Shown here one piece after another: positions 19,921-30,171 of a stretch of 64,000 nucleotides of DNA. The first letter of the stretch is position 1. Every line of letters starts with the position of its first letter. This DNA is from an uncultured Gemmiger sp. GTDB lineage: Bacteria > Bacillota > Clostridia > Oscillospirales > Ruminococcaceae. The translations under genes were made by a program, and so were the position numbers. The notes under the pieces are model-generated. The model was not told the origin of the DNA and searched no databases. It worked only from the letters and a program-made list of their open reading frames with translations. The DNA is taken from positions 851 through 64,850 of the forward strand of contig CALWNO010000008.1 in assembly GCA_944382785.1 (NCBI GenBank), given 5' to 3'.

Positions 19921-21310
19921 TGCGCAACATGTCATCGATAAGACCGAACAAACCTTGCTTGCCTACTGTAAGCAGCAGGGCTTGTTCAAGTCTGGCGACA
20001 GGGTCATTGTAGCCTGCTCCGGAGGGGCGGACTCCATGGCCCTTTTGCTGTTTTTACTGCGGTGTCGCCGGTCCCTCTCCATTGAGGTCCTGGCCACCCA
20101 TGTGAACCATGGAATCCGGGGCGAGGCTGCCGACAGGGACGAAAAATTTGTGGCCCGGTTCTGTGAGGACCGTGCCGTGGAACTTTTTGTCTATAACGCC
20201 AGACGAGCCGGGGTGCCGGTACCGGAAAATCCCAGCGAAGATTGGGCGCGGACCTTGCGGTATACCTGGTTTGACGACCTGGCAGCGCGGGAAGAGGCTC
20301 ATATCGCCACAGCCCACACCATGTCCGACCAGGTGGAGACCATTCTTCTGCGTATGGCGCGGGGAACCGGTCTGCATGGTCTGGGGGGAATCCCGCCCCA
20401 TCGGGGCGTTTATGTCCGACCTATGCTTTGCCTGACCCGGGCAGAAACCGAGGCATACTGCGCCGCACTTGGGCAAAGCTATGTGCAGGACGAAACCAAC
20501 GCCCGGGACACCTATGCCCGCAACCGGGTTCGGCATGACGCTGTGCCGGCGCTGTTGTCCGTCAATCCCGCGGCTGAGCGCTGTATCGGCCGGCTGTGCA
20601 GCCAGATGCAGCAGCTGGACCGGTGGCTTTATGCGGAGGCTGCCGCCCTTTTGCAGGCGGCAGCCACATCCCGTGGGTATGATCTGCAGATCCTGCGGGA
20701 TGCGGACGGCCCGGTTCTGGACGCCGCGCTCCACAGCCTGGTGGCTCCGGTGCGGGATGCGGAGGAAAAGTATGTCAGTCTGCTCCGGTTCCTTGTCATG
20801 AAAGGGGAAGGCGCACTGCAGCTGACCCAGGATGTGACCTACAAGATCCAGAAGGGCCCGGCAGGTAAGGAACTGGTACGGATTTCGCCGTCCGGGGCTG
20901 CTCCGGCTCCCGCCCCGGCACAGCCGGCTTTGCCGGGCGTTTACCACCTGCCGGGAGGGTATACCGTTGCCTTGCGGGTGGAAAAGTATGAAGATTTTCT
21001 AAAAAATGCACCAATTTTCAAAAAAGACTTAAACTGTTGCGCAGATTATGCTAAAATAAGCAGGAATATCATGCTGCGCACACGGCAGCCCGGGGACGAT
21101 TACCGCCCGCGGGATCGCCATGTGCGTAAAACGCTGAAAAAATACTATAACGAGCTGGCCATTCCCATGCAGGAACGCCCGTTGCTGCCGCTTCTGGCGG
21201 ATGGCAGTGAGGTGATCTGGCTGTGGGGGTCCGGTTTTGCGGAAGGTCTTGCACCGGACCGCTTTACCAGGGAAGTGCTCGTTATCCGCACCGAAAAAAC
21301 GGAGGTTTAA
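19907..21310 (+). CDS. tilS: tRNA(Ile)-lysidine synthetase
   Basis: ACSGGADSMAL, HVNHGIRG, TAHTMSDQVET, RPML, YARNRVRH; start overlaps the dnaB end. Confidence 0.95.
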   Translation: MNSIDAQHVIDKTEQTLLAYCKQQGLFKSGDRVIVACSGGADSMALLLFLLRCRRSLSIEVLATHVNHGIRGEAADRDEKFVARFCEDRAVELFVYNARRAGVPVPENPSEDWARTLRYTWFDDLAAREEAHIATAHTMSDQVETILLRMARGTGLHGLGGIPPHRGVYVRPMLCLTRAETEAYCAALGQSYVQDETNARDTYARNRVRHDAVPALLSVNPAAERCIGRLCSQMQQLDRWLYAEAAALLQAAATSRGYDLQILRDADGPVLDAALHSLVAPVRDAEEKYVSLLRFLVMKGEGALQLTQDVTYKIQKGPAGKELVRISPSGAAPAPAPAQPALPGVYHLPGGYTVALRVEKYEDFLKNAPIFKKDLNCCADYAKISRNIMLRTRQPGDDYRPRDRHVRKTLKKYYNELAIPMQERPLLPLLADGSEVIWLWGSGFAEGLAPDRFTREVLVIRTEKTEV

Positions 21311-21313
21311 CGT

Positions 21314-21865
21314 ATGCAGTCTATGCACCAGGATATTGACCATATCCTTGTATCGGAAGAACAGCTGCAGGCCAAGGTGGCCGAACTGGGCGCCAGAATC
21401 AGTGCCGACTACGAAGGCCGTGACCTGCTGCTGGTTTCCATCCTCAAGGGTGCCGTGGTGTTTATGGCCGATCTGATGCGCGCTGTCACCATTCCCTGTG
21501 GCATTGATTTCATGGTGGTTTCCAGCTATGGCGGCGCCAACACCAGTTCCACCGGCCTTGTCAAGATTATCAAGGATCTGGATCAGGATCTGTCCGGCAA
21601 GGACGTGCTGATTGTGGAGGATATTCTGGACACTGGTATCACCCTTTCTCACCTGATGCCCATGCTGCAGATGCGGCGCCCCCGCAGTCTGCGCCTGTGC
21701 ACCATCCTCAGCAAGCCCAGCCGCCGCAAGGCCGATATTGAGCCGGATTACTGTGGCTTTGAGGTTCCCGATGAGTTTGTGGTCGGTTACGGCCTGGACT
21801 ATGATGAAAAATACCGCAATCTCCCTTATGTGGGGGTGCTGAAACCGGAAGTCTATTCCAAGTGA
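21314..21865 (+). CDS. hpt: Hypoxanthine phosphoribosyltransferase
   Basis: ILKGAVVFMADL, VLIVEDILDTG, FVVGYGLDY. Confidence 0.97.
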   Translation: MQSMHQDIDHILVSEEQLQAKVAELGARISADYEGRDLLLVSILKGAVVFMADLMRAVTIPCGIDFMVVSSYGGANTSSTGLVKIIKDLDQDLSGKDVLIVEDILDTGITLSHLMPMLQMRRPRSLRLCTILSKPSRRKADIEPDYCGFEVPDEFVVGYGLDYDEKYRNLPYVGVLKPEVYSK

Positions 21866-21928
21866 TTTCCGGTCATTATCACGTGGGGCGCCCGCTGGCG
21901 GACGTACCCGGTATAAGGAGTTGATCTT

Positions 21929-23989
21929 TTGCAGCATAAACCGCGCCTCAGCGGCATCATTGTTACCGCTGTCCTGTTGGTTGTGGTTCTGGTCATGGCA
22001 ACCACCTTTTCCTCCATGTCCGGCTCCTCCACCAACACCATGAAAATGTCCGAGGTCATGAACTACTTCTCCGCCAACCAAGTGACGTATTTCGACCTCG
22101 ATCTCAACACCGGCGTCATCGAACTGAGTCTGAAAGACGGCCAGTATGCCCTGCCCGAACAGAGCGAAAGCCAGAAACAGGCCACCGGTCTGTTGGCTGA
22201 ACTGTCCGGCAGTGAGGACTACGGCCCGCAGAACGGCGGTGTGGTGAGCGTCACCTACAAGCTGCCCTATACAGCCTATTTCCTGGAATATGTGCAGGAG
22301 TATATCGATGCCTACAACGCAGCCAACCCGGATGCACCCATGGTATACGATATGGTGGGCCTGAAAACTAGCATTCCCTGGTTTGAGATCCTGCTGTATG
22401 CCTTTATGATCGGCAGCGTGGTTCTGCTGTTCATGTCCATGTACCGGGGTGGTGCCGGCGGCGGTAGCATCATGAATGTGGGCCGCGCCAAGGTCAAGGA
22501 TCAGCAGGAGGGCCAGCGTAAGGCCACTTTTGCCGATGTAGCCGGTGCCGATGAGGAGAAAGCCGAACTTCAGGAAGTGGTGGAGTTCCTCAAAGCCCCC
22601 AACAAGTTCAATTCTCTGGGGGCCCGTATTCCCCATGGCGTGTTGCTGGTGGGCCCTCCGGGTACCGGCAAGACCCTGCTGGCCCGTGCCTGCGCCGGTG
22701 AGGCGGGGGTGCCGTTCTACGCCATTTCCGGTTCCGATTTTGTGGAAATGTATGTGGGCGTCGGTGCTTCCCGTGTTCGCGATCTGTTTGAAAAAGCCAA
22801 AAAGACCATGCCCTCCATCATCTTCATTGATGAGATCGATGCGGTTGGCCGCCAGCGCGGTGCCGGTCTGGGCGGCGGACATGACGAGCGGGAACAGACC
22901 CTGAACCAGTTGCTGGTGGAGATGGATGGCTTTGACGCTAACGACGGCGTCATCGTCATGGCCGCCACCAACCGTGCGGATATTCTGGATAAAGCCCTGC
23001 TGCGTCCTGGCCGTTTTGACCGCCAGGTCTATGTGGGCCTGCCGGACGTGAAGGGCCGCGAAGAGATCCTGCGCGTTCACACCAAGAACAAACCTCTGGC
23101 CCCGGATGTAAGTCTCAAGACCATCGCCAAGTCCACCGCCGGTTTCTCCGGCGCGGACCTGGAAAATCTGGTCAACGAGGCGGCCCTGCTGGCTGCCCGC
23201 AAAGGCAAGAAAGCCATCACCGAGCCGGAAATTGAGGAAGCTTCCATCAAGGTCGTGGCCGGCCCCGAGAAGAAGAGCCGTGTGGTCACCGACAAGGAAA
23301 AGCGCCTGACTGCCTACCATGAGACCGGTCACGCCATCACCGGGTATTTCTGCAAAACTCATGATCCCGTGCACCAGATCAGCATTATTCCCCGTGGTGC
23401 GGCCGGCGGGTATACCATGTATCTGCCGGAAAAGGATCCCAGCTATGTGACCAAGACGGCCATGAGCGAAAGCATAGTCAGCCTGTTGGGCGGTCGTGTG
23501 GCGGAGCAGCTGGTGCTGGAGGACATCTCCACCGGCGCCTCCAATGACCTGCAGCGTGCCACCGATACAGCGCGGGCCATGGTCACCCGGTACGGCTTCT
23601 CCGAGCGGCTGGGTCCTGTTGTGTACGGCACCGATCCCAGTGAGACCTTCCTGGGCCGTGATCTGGGCATGGGCAAGGGATACAGTGAGAATATTGCTGC
23701 GGAGATCGACAATGAAATCCGTGACATTGTGGACGAAGCCTATGAGACGGCACGCCGCATTCTGACCGAACACATGGATGAGCTGCACAAGGTGGCGGCT
23801 GTCCTGATGGAACGGGAAAAGATCAGCGGTGAGGAGTTCAAGACCCTGATGGAAGGCGGGCAGCTGCCTCCCTTTGATCTGGGCAAGACGGACCCCGCCC
23901 CCGTGCAGACCAATACCGCCGCACCGCAGGCCGCGGAACCTTCGGTGCAGCCGCAGACGCCGGACGCCCCCGAAGCGCCCCAAGAATGA
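21929..23989 (+). CDS. ftsH: ATP-dependent zinc metalloprotease FtsH
   Basis: Two TM segments, [30 protein letters not shown] zinc motif; TTG start after AAGGAG. Confidence 0.98.
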   Translation: MQHKPRLSGIIVTAVLLVVVLVMATTFSSMSGSSTNTMKMSEVMNYFSANQVTYFDLDLNTGVIELSLKDGQYALPEQSESQKQATGLLAELSGSEDYGPQNGGVVSVTYKLPYTAYFLEYVQEYIDAYNAANPDAPMVYDMVGLKTSIPWFEILLYAFMIGSVVLLFMSMYRGGAGGGSIMNVGRAKVKDQQEGQRKATFADVAGADEEKAELQEVVEFLKAPNKFNSLGARIPHGVLLVGPPGTGKTLLARACAGEAGVPFYAISGSDFVEMYVGVGASRVRDLFEKAKKTMPSIIFIDEIDAVGRQRGAGLGGGHDEREQTLNQLLVEMDGFDANDGVIVMAATNRADILDKALLRPGRFDRQVYVGLPDVKGREEILRVHTKNKPLAPDVSLKTIAKSTAGFSGADLENLVNEAALLAARKGKKAITEPEIEEASIKVVAGPEKKSRVVTDKEKRLTAYHETGHAITGYFCKTHDPVHQISIIPRGAAGGYTMYLPEKDPSYVTKTAMSESIVSLLGGRVAEQLVLEDISTGASNDLQRATDTARAMVTRYGFSERLGPVVYGTDPSETFLGRDLGMGKGYSENIAAEIDNEIRDIVDEAYETARRILTEHMDELHKVAAVLMEREKISGEEFKTLMEGGQLPPFDLGKTDPAPVQTNTAAPQAAEPSVQPQTPDAPEAPQE

Positions 23990-24010
23990 CAAGGTAAGGT
24001 GGATTGAATC

Positions 24011-25069
24011 ATGGATCAGAATTTTTCTCTTATGGCACAGTCCCGCGCCAACTATTATACGGCAGGCAGCCCGGTGCAGTTTGTTCGTGTGGAGCTGCTC
24101 AAAGGTGACGTTACCGGCGAAGTGGCCGTCTGCCTGACCTTCAAGAATGTGGGTACGGAACCGCTGACCGGTTTGGTGGTGCACTTCAAGTGCAAGGATG
24201 CCGCCGGGCAGATCCTGTGCGAGGATGACTTCTACTATGAGGATCTGAATGCACAGCCCGGGGACCTCTTCGGCAGCGACGATGCGGTTTTTGTCAGTGA
24301 TACCCCGGTTTCCAGTGTGGAGACCGAACAGGACCGCGCATTTTTGAATGGGCGTGGGGTCAATCTGCGGGATTATAAGCGGGTACGCCTGCCTCAGCCC
24401 CGCGTTCTGCCCGGTTCCATTGCCAAAATCCTGCAGAGCCGCACCGGAAATCCTCAGCTGAACTGTGTGCCCCAGGATACCGAATATGGTTGGTTCTGCG
24501 CTTGCGGTGCCTTCCATCCCAACGAAGAAAATGCGCAGGTCTGCAGCGAGTGCGGCGGCGACCGCGCCTACATCAAGGCAAGCCTGACCTCGATTCTGGA
24601 GGAGGCCCGCCGTGCGGCGGAGCAGCAACAGCAGGAGCTGAATGCAGTGGCCAGTGCGGCTGCAGCACCCCAGCCGCAGCATACCGCCGCGGCCACGGCG
24701 GCAGCTGCCCAGGCAGCGATTGCCAGCGAAGAGGATGAAGTGGAAGAGCCCACGGCTCAGTTTGATCCTTCCGCCGATGCAACCAATGCCGAAATGGCCC
24801 GTGTGCGTCAGTACGCACCGAAAGGCCGTCTGTTTGATGACGACGCCGAGGACGATGAGACCGAAGGAACCCGCATGTTCGATGCCGAAGAAGAGGACGA
24901 ATATGATGAGGCTCCCAAAGTCCGCCGCGGCCGGTATGCCGACGATGAAGAGGAAACCGAGGACGATGCCATGGCGGAACGCATCATCCGCTGGGCTCCG
25001 CCCATCACGGCAGTGGTCTGTGCGTTGATTGTGGCGGTCTCGCTGATCTATTACTTCGTGATTGCCTGA
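24011..25069 (+). CDS. Hypothetical protein with Cys pairs, an acidic region and a C-terminal TM helix
   Basis: 352-aa ORF with gene-like codon usage; CACG...CSECG, Ala/Gln-rich and Asp/Glu-rich segments, terminal hydrophobic helix. Confidence 0.8.
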   Translation: MDQNFSLMAQSRANYYTAGSPVQFVRVELLKGDVTGEVAVCLTFKNVGTEPLTGLVVHFKCKDAAGQILCEDDFYYEDLNAQPGDLFGSDDAVFVSDTPVSSVETEQDRAFLNGRGVNLRDYKRVRLPQPRVLPGSIAKILQSRTGNPQLNCVPQDTEYGWFCACGAFHPNEENAQVCSECGGDRAYIKASLTSILEEARRAAEQQQQELNAVASAAAAPQPQHTAAATAAAAQAAIASEEDEVEEPTAQFDPSADATNAEMARVRQYAPKGRLFDDDAEDDETEGTRMFDAEEEDEYDEAPKVRRGRYADDEEETEDDAMAERIIRWAPPITAVVCALIVAVSLIYYFVIA

Positions 25070-25083
25070 CAGATAATTTATAT

Positions 25084-25116
25084 AAAGCCTCCGGCTGTAT
25101 GGCCGGAGGCTTTTTT
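25084..25116 (+). terminator. Intrinsic terminator
   Basis: AAAGCCTCCGGC-tgtatg-GCCGGAGGCTTT plus T run. Confidence 0.88.
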
Positions 25117-25154
25117 ATGTATAAAATCTTTACATCTGAGCGGGGATAAATCTC

Positions 25155-25192
25155 TTGCTTTTTAAGTGTACTATTAGTATAATACACTTAAA
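25155..25192 (+). promoter_or_regulatory. Sigma-A promoter overlapped by an inverted-repeat operator (YtrA-type GntR)
   Basis: TTGCTT-17-TATAAT; TTTAAGTGTA-N12-TACACTTAAA spans the spacer and -10. Confidence 0.8.
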
Positions 25193-25218
25193 GAACAAAG
25201 CAAAGGAGGGAACCGCAA

Positions 25219-25596
25219 GTGGTCAGTTTTCAGGGTCTGCACTTTCACGACCGATCACCGGTGTATCAGCAGATTGCGGAACACCTGAAGCGCCAGATTA
25301 TGCTGGGACTGGTGGAAGACGGGGAGCCCATGCCCAGCCGCCGGGAACTGGCGGCCCAGACCGGGATCAATCCCAACACAGCCCAAAAAGCCTACCGACT
25401 GATGACGGAGGAAGGGTATGTGCAGACCCAGGGCAACAATCTGAGCACCGTACACCTGACGCCGCAGCTGCGCAGTTGGATTGAAGATGAACTCAGCCGG
25501 GGACTTGTGCAGCAGTTCGTAACGGATGCCAAGGAAAACCAGCTTTCCTACCGCAAGGTTATCGCACTGATCAGTGAACTGTGGGGAGAAGAATAA
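25219..25596 (+). CDS. GntR family regulator, YtrA subfamily
   Basis: PVYQQIAE..MPSRRELA....INPNTAQKAYRL; 125 aa with a short C-terminal helix; heads an ABC cluster. Confidence 0.92.
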   Translation: MVSFQGLHFHDRSPVYQQIAEHLKRQIMLGLVEDGEPMPSRRELAAQTGINPNTAQKAYRLMTEEGYVQTQGNNLSTVHLTPQLRSWIEDELSRGLVQQFVTDAKENQLSYRKVIALISELWGEE

Positions 25597-25646
25597 CTTT
25601 TTTTGTGGCTCGGTGTATGATACATGTAGTACATTAGGAGGTCTGT

Positions 25647-26450
25647 ATGAAACGACTGTTACAGTATACGGCCTGGAACTGGAGCATGGGTCGCGGCCCG
25701 GTTACCCTTTTGCTGGTGCTGGGAGCAGCTGCGGAATGTCTGCTGCTTTTTGTGGCGGCGGCGTCCGCAAACCAGTCGGCCTTGCTATATGGCGACCTGG
25801 TGGAGACGGCTGGAATTTTGTGGGTGATCGCAGCGGTCTACCTGCTGCTCCCGATCTGTGCACAGGCTGTGCAGGAACGGGCTGCACACATGACGCGCAC
25901 CTCTTATACGTTGTTTACTCTGCCGCTGTCCCGCTGGGAGCTGCTGTTGGGGCGTGCCTTGTCCGGCGTCATCTGGATGATCCTGGGCATGGCGGTACAG
26001 ACCCTTGTGCTGGTGCTGCTTTGCGGACCGATTCTTGCATTGCAAGACAGTGTCTCAGCCGGTTATTTTCTGTTTGAAGTGACAGAGCCGGGACGGCTCT
26101 GGTGGTCTTTGGCGGAATGCAGTGTTCTGCGGATGATGCCTCCCAACAGTATCCCGGGAGTAATCTTTACCGCGGGCATGATTTTGATACCGTCGTGGAT
26201 GATGCCTTCGGCGTTCACACATACCGGCTGGAAGCGGGTTACGGCTTTTGTGATTGCTCTGGTAGAGCAAGTGTCCTTGTTCATGCTGGCTTATCCGGCC
26301 CTGGCCGGCAGAACCACCTGGGAACAAATCGGGCAGTCGCTTCAAACCAGCAGAGGGATGGGAACCTTTCTGTTTGTATTAACGGGTGTGGCCGTTGCCC
26401 AAATTCTTTGGGGTCTGTGGGCTTCCTATCGTTCGGAAGCAGCTGCATAA
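25647..26450 (+). CDS. Putative ABC-2-type membrane protein (copy 1)
   Basis: About 6 TM segments; YTLFTLPLSRWELLLGR motif typical of ABC-2-like permeases. Confidence 0.75.
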   Translation: MKRLLQYTAWNWSMGRGPVTLLLVLGAAAECLLLFVAAASANQSALLYGDLVETAGILWVIAAVYLLLPICAQAVQERAAHMTRTSYTLFTLPLSRWELLLGRALSGVIWMILGMAVQTLVLVLLCGPILALQDSVSAGYFLFEVTEPGRLWWSLAECSVLRMMPPNSIPGVIFTAGMILIPSWMMPSAFTHTGWKRVTAFVIALVEQVSLFMLAYPALAGRTTWEQIGQSLQTSRGMGTFLFVLTGVAVAQILWGLWASYRSEAAA

Positions 26451-26464
26451 AGGAGGGACCAGGA

Positions 26465-27949
26465 ATGAAATGGAACAAGTTGGCTCGCCCCTATCGGGCT
26501 TGCCTGGGAACTCTGGCAGCAGGGGTGGCTTTGCTTCTGTGCGGGCAAGCCTGCCTGTACATGGCGTATCCCCGTCAGGCGGTCACCCTTCAGCTGAAAA
26601 CAGGAAATGACAAAGAGCTGGAAGGATTTACCCTGGAAGGAAGCTGGGGTCAGACGGCATCCGCTGCCATGGAGTTTACCCTGTCTGATGGAGTGCTGAA
26701 TCAGCATCCGAATCTACAGTCAAAACAGGAGGATGCACTCTCCCTCATGGACCAGAGCCTGCTCTGCGTTCCGGATGAAGAGCTGGCCAGTATGGACCAG
26801 CAGGCGGAGGGCGGATATGTCAGCGGTATGTACGGAGCGTTCTTTCTGCACACGTCCTATGAAGGAATGAAGTATACCGCACAGGCCCGCCGGCTGAACC
26901 AGATGTACACGCTGAACACACTGGACGGAAGCAATCGTTCCGTCCGGTTCGGCCTGGGACAGGTCCAGTTGCCGCAGGCTGTCACCGTAACAGCAGAATT
27001 GTATAAAAACGGCAGGGCGCGGGCTTCCTACCCCTACCTGATGAACGCTGCGGAACTGGAAAACGCCGATCTTGGTATCCGGGAAGTCACCATTTTGGAT
27101 GCGGAAGATCCGGTGGGTCTGTATGTGAGCCCGGGCAACGGTGAGAACGGCGGAATCTATCTGGTGCGGGAATTCTGCACGGCAGAGGAAGTTGCCAAGG
27201 TCGTGCCTGATGTGACGGTGCAGGGAGTTGCAGTCCCTTCTGAAAATCAACCCTACGGCACGGTGGAAGCGGTTTGCCCTTTGGATGCGGGGGAAAGCCT
27301 GATCCCCTGTGACAACTGGGGAGATGCCCGTATAGAAGATGGACATTGGATTTTGACCCGGCAGGAAACAGGAAAAATCAATCTGCTGCTATTGGATAAA
27401 GAATGGAAACCGGTCGGCAAGTGTCCTCTCAACATCAGCATGAACGAGTATCAATCGGTTACGGTTCTTCCGTCCTTGCGAACGGACGAAATCGCCTTTA
27501 CTGTGGTGGATCAATCCACTACCGGGCAGATAGTCGTTCTGCGGATCAATCAAAATACGATTGAAGCGCAGTCCATTATGGACTTCCTGGCAACATCCGC
27601 TCCCATTGCCGCCGGGTACAGTGCAGATGGAACCCGGTTGATGACGGTAACGGAGAGCAGACAGTCTCTGATGGCAACGCTCCCGGCAGAAGTCAGTGGA
27701 TATTATAACGGGGGAGCAGAATTGCCATCGGACCTGTCGGTTCTCTCATCCGCTGTGACAGGCTGGGATATTCAGGTATACAATACGCAGGATCTCCAGC
27801 GTCCCACCCTTTCTGCCTGCCTTGATTTTGGTGTTTCGCAGCGTTGGAGACAGGAACTCTGGCTCAGCGGCATCTACGGCGGCGAACGCAGAATTTCGCT
27901 TTATCGTGTTACAGCGGCCTGGGAACAGGCCGGGGAGGCGACAGCATGA
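26465..27949 (+). CDS. Membrane-anchored extracytoplasmic hypothetical protein (copy 1)
   Basis: SD AAGGAGGG; a single N-terminal hydrophobic helix, then ~450 aa hydrophilic and beta-rich. Confidence 0.75.
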   Translation: MKWNKLARPYRACLGTLAAGVALLLCGQACLYMAYPRQAVTLQLKTGNDKELEGFTLEGSWGQTASAAMEFTLSDGVLNQHPNLQSKQEDALSLMDQSLLCVPDEELASMDQQAEGGYVSGMYGAFFLHTSYEGMKYTAQARRLNQMYTLNTLDGSNRSVRFGLGQVQLPQAVTVTAELYKNGRARASYPYLMNAAELENADLGIREVTILDAEDPVGLYVSPGNGENGGIYLVREFCTAEEVAKVVPDVTVQGVAVPSENQPYGTVEAVCPLDAGESLIPCDNWGDARIEDGHWILTRQETGKINLLLLDKEWKPVGKCPLNISMNEYQSVTVLPSLRTDEIAFTVVDQSTTGQIVVLRINQNTIEAQSIMDFLATSAPIAAGYSADGTRLMTVTESRQSLMATLPAEVSGYYNGGAELPSDLSVLSSAVTGWDIQVYNTQDLQRPTLSACLDFGVSQRWRQELWLSGIYGGERRISLYRVTAAWEQAGEATA

Positions 27950-28731
27950 AACGTGTTATGAAACTGGTGGGATGGCACTGGCATTTTGTCAGGTTTCCCT
28001 TTGCGCTGCTGTGCGGAATCTATGGAGTGCAGCAGATCCTGCTGCTTTTGCTTTCGGCCTCCAATACAGATAAGATCGGAGTGAAACTGGCGGATTTGTT
28101 CATGAATTGCGGGCAGTTTCCGCTGTTCTTCTTTGTATTGTATCTGGTACTTCTCGTTTCAGCGTCTGCCAATCAGAACCGCGGACGCTCCCACACGACG
28201 TATACCCTGTATACGATGCCGTTTTCGCGGATGGTATTGCCGGTTGCCCAGATGTTTCTGTGCCTGGCGTTGCTGGTCATCTTTGCTGCGTGGCAGGTGC
28301 TTCTGTATGCGGCGGCCTTTGTTCCGGTTTCCATGCTCAGCGCCGGTACAATGGCGGGCGTGGTGAGCGGAAATATTCCAACTGGAAACCTGCTGGACGA
28401 GATCAACGCAAATCCGCTGTTCCAACTGCTGTTGCCTGTACGGCTGGGCAGTTGGCTGTGGCTGGTTGGCTTTTTCCTCCTGCTTTCGGTGCAGTCTGCT
28501 TGTGTTGCCGTTTGCCATGGGTTCCGGCGTATAGCTGCCATGTTTGCGGCGATGATTACGGCAGGTGTCGGGGCAGGGGCCCTGTACCTGCGGTATCTGA
28601 TTGCAACGGACCATACAGAGGAATCCGGGGTATTTTTGCTGCTTGCCTTTTTGCTGGCGGCGGCAATTCTGCCGTTGATTCTGAATCTTGTCAGTGCTGC
28701 ATGGGCGCTGTACCGGAGTGAAACTCTGTGA
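27946..28731 (+). CDS. Putative ABC-2-type membrane protein (copy 2)
   Basis: ATGA overlap with the upstream stop; YTLYTMPFSR; resembles 25647-26450. Confidence 0.75.
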   Translation: MKRVMKLVGWHWHFVRFPFALLCGIYGVQQILLLLLSASNTDKIGVKLADLFMNCGQFPLFFFVLYLVLLVSASANQNRGRSHTTYTLYTMPFSRMVLPVAQMFLCLALLVIFAAWQVLLYAAAFVPVSMLSAGTMAGVVSGNIPTGNLLDEINANPLFQLLLPVRLGSWLWLVGFFLLLSVQSACVAVCHGFRRIAAMFAAMITAGVGAGALYLRYLIATDHTEESGVFLLLAFLLAAAILPLILNLVSAAWALYRSETL

Positions 28732-28745
28732 AGGGAGGGACTGGA

Positions 28746-30167
28746 ATGAGACACGCAAACAAGCACCCCGGTCTGGGTTTGGCAATCTTTGCTGTTGCGG
28801 CTGTGGCTGTTTTTGGGGCCGGGATACTGGCCCGGCTGACGGGCCTGCACCGGATGCAGACAACCCTTGTGGAGGAGACCGGAGACCGGAATACATTGCA
28901 GGGCTTTACCATTTCAGGCTATACACGGTTCCAGGCCGAAAACACCCTGACCCATTTTACCCTACAGAATGGGCGGCTGACTGGCGAAACGATACCGGAG
29001 CAGGTCCGGATGCCGGAGAATGCCCAGCTGCCCAGTATCTTCAACGATGATCTCAATATCATCACAGTGGCGCCGGAAGAGCGGGAAGCCGTCAACCGAC
29101 AAGCCTCCTTCGGAGGCAACACGGCAACTTCCTATGCCAAAAACTTCTGGATCATGCGGGAAATCAATCTGCCGGACAATACCTCGCTGCGCCTGCACAT
29201 TGCGAATAAAACCGCAGATACGCCGGTGGAAGTGGTTTCCTACCCCAACGCCCGGAGTGGAATGGACTGGTCGGCCTCCAATGACTATCTGCCGGAAACT
29301 TATCCTACCTGGGCGGATGAAATCAGAGTGCAGTGGAACGACAACTGGATGATTGGGCTCAACAAAGAATCCGTTCTCTACCAGCCAGGCATCTGGCGGG
29401 TGACCGAAAGCTTGACCGAGGAGGAAGTGGAGGCACTTCCGTTGGACGGTGCCGTACAGTACGCTGACGGAACCATCAACGTACTGTGCAAATCCACCGA
29501 GTATGGCAAGGCAGAGCTGTTCTATGTGCCGCAGAATCTTGATACCATCCTGGAATGTGACACACTGGGGGAGTATCTGGGAATTCTGTATCGGGATACA
29601 AAGGGGGATATCCGCTTTGATCTGGTGGATGAGAATGCCGTCTGTGTTCAGCAGGCATTGATTTCAGAAGGAACCGGAACAGAGATTTCCCACTCACAGA
29701 CCAATACCCAGCAGCCTGATCAGCTTTGTTATATCCTTGGGTTGCAGCAGGGGACAGTCTGGCGGGTCATCTTGCTGCAGATGAATGATGCAGGTCAGCT
29801 GGAATGCATCAACCTGCCGGGGGATCTTCTCCAGGACGGCCGGCAGCTGCCGGGAACCACCGTCATCCAGCGCAGTGCCGACGGGCAGTATGTTCTCTTC
29901 GTGGGCAGAGAAGAAAGCCAGCTCCAGCTGACCCGCCTGTTCCAGGAAGAAGAAACAACTTCCTACCCCATTGGCTACCGGATGAATGTATATGATCTGA
30001 ACACGCAGACAGTGGTATACAGCGGCTTGCTGGATACCGGCGCGGACAGGATCTGGGGCAGCTATGTAGATAGCCCGGATTTTATCTATTACGGTCTGGC
30101 AGGAGAGCTGCTGTCACTGAGCCGGGATTGCTACACCGTTTTCCCACAACAAGCACAGGAGGGCTGA
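28746..30167 (+). CDS. Membrane-anchored extracytoplasmic hypothetical protein (copy 2)
   Basis: SD GGGAGGG; N-terminal TM helix, then LQGFTISG...FTLQNGRL, matching LEGFTLEG...FTLSDGVL of copy 1. Confidence 0.75.
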   Translation: MRHANKHPGLGLAIFAVAAVAVFGAGILARLTGLHRMQTTLVEETGDRNTLQGFTISGYTRFQAENTLTHFTLQNGRLTGETIPEQVRMPENAQLPSIFNDDLNIITVAPEEREAVNRQASFGGNTATSYAKNFWIMREINLPDNTSLRLHIANKTADTPVEVVSYPNARSGMDWSASNDYLPETYPTWADEIRVQWNDNWMIGLNKESVLYQPGIWRVTESLTEEEVEALPLDGAVQYADGTINVLCKSTEYGKAELFYVPQNLDTILECDTLGEYLGILYRDTKGDIRFDLVDENAVCVQQALISEGTGTEISHSQTNTQQPDQLCYILGLQQGTVWRVILLQMNDAGQLECINLPGDLLQDGRQLPGTTVIQRSADGQYVLFVGREESQLQLTRLFQEEETTSYPIGYRMNVYDLNTQTVVYSGLLDTGADRIWGSYVDSPDFIYYGLAGELLSLSRDCYTVFPQQAQEG

Positions 30168-30171
30168 TCGT

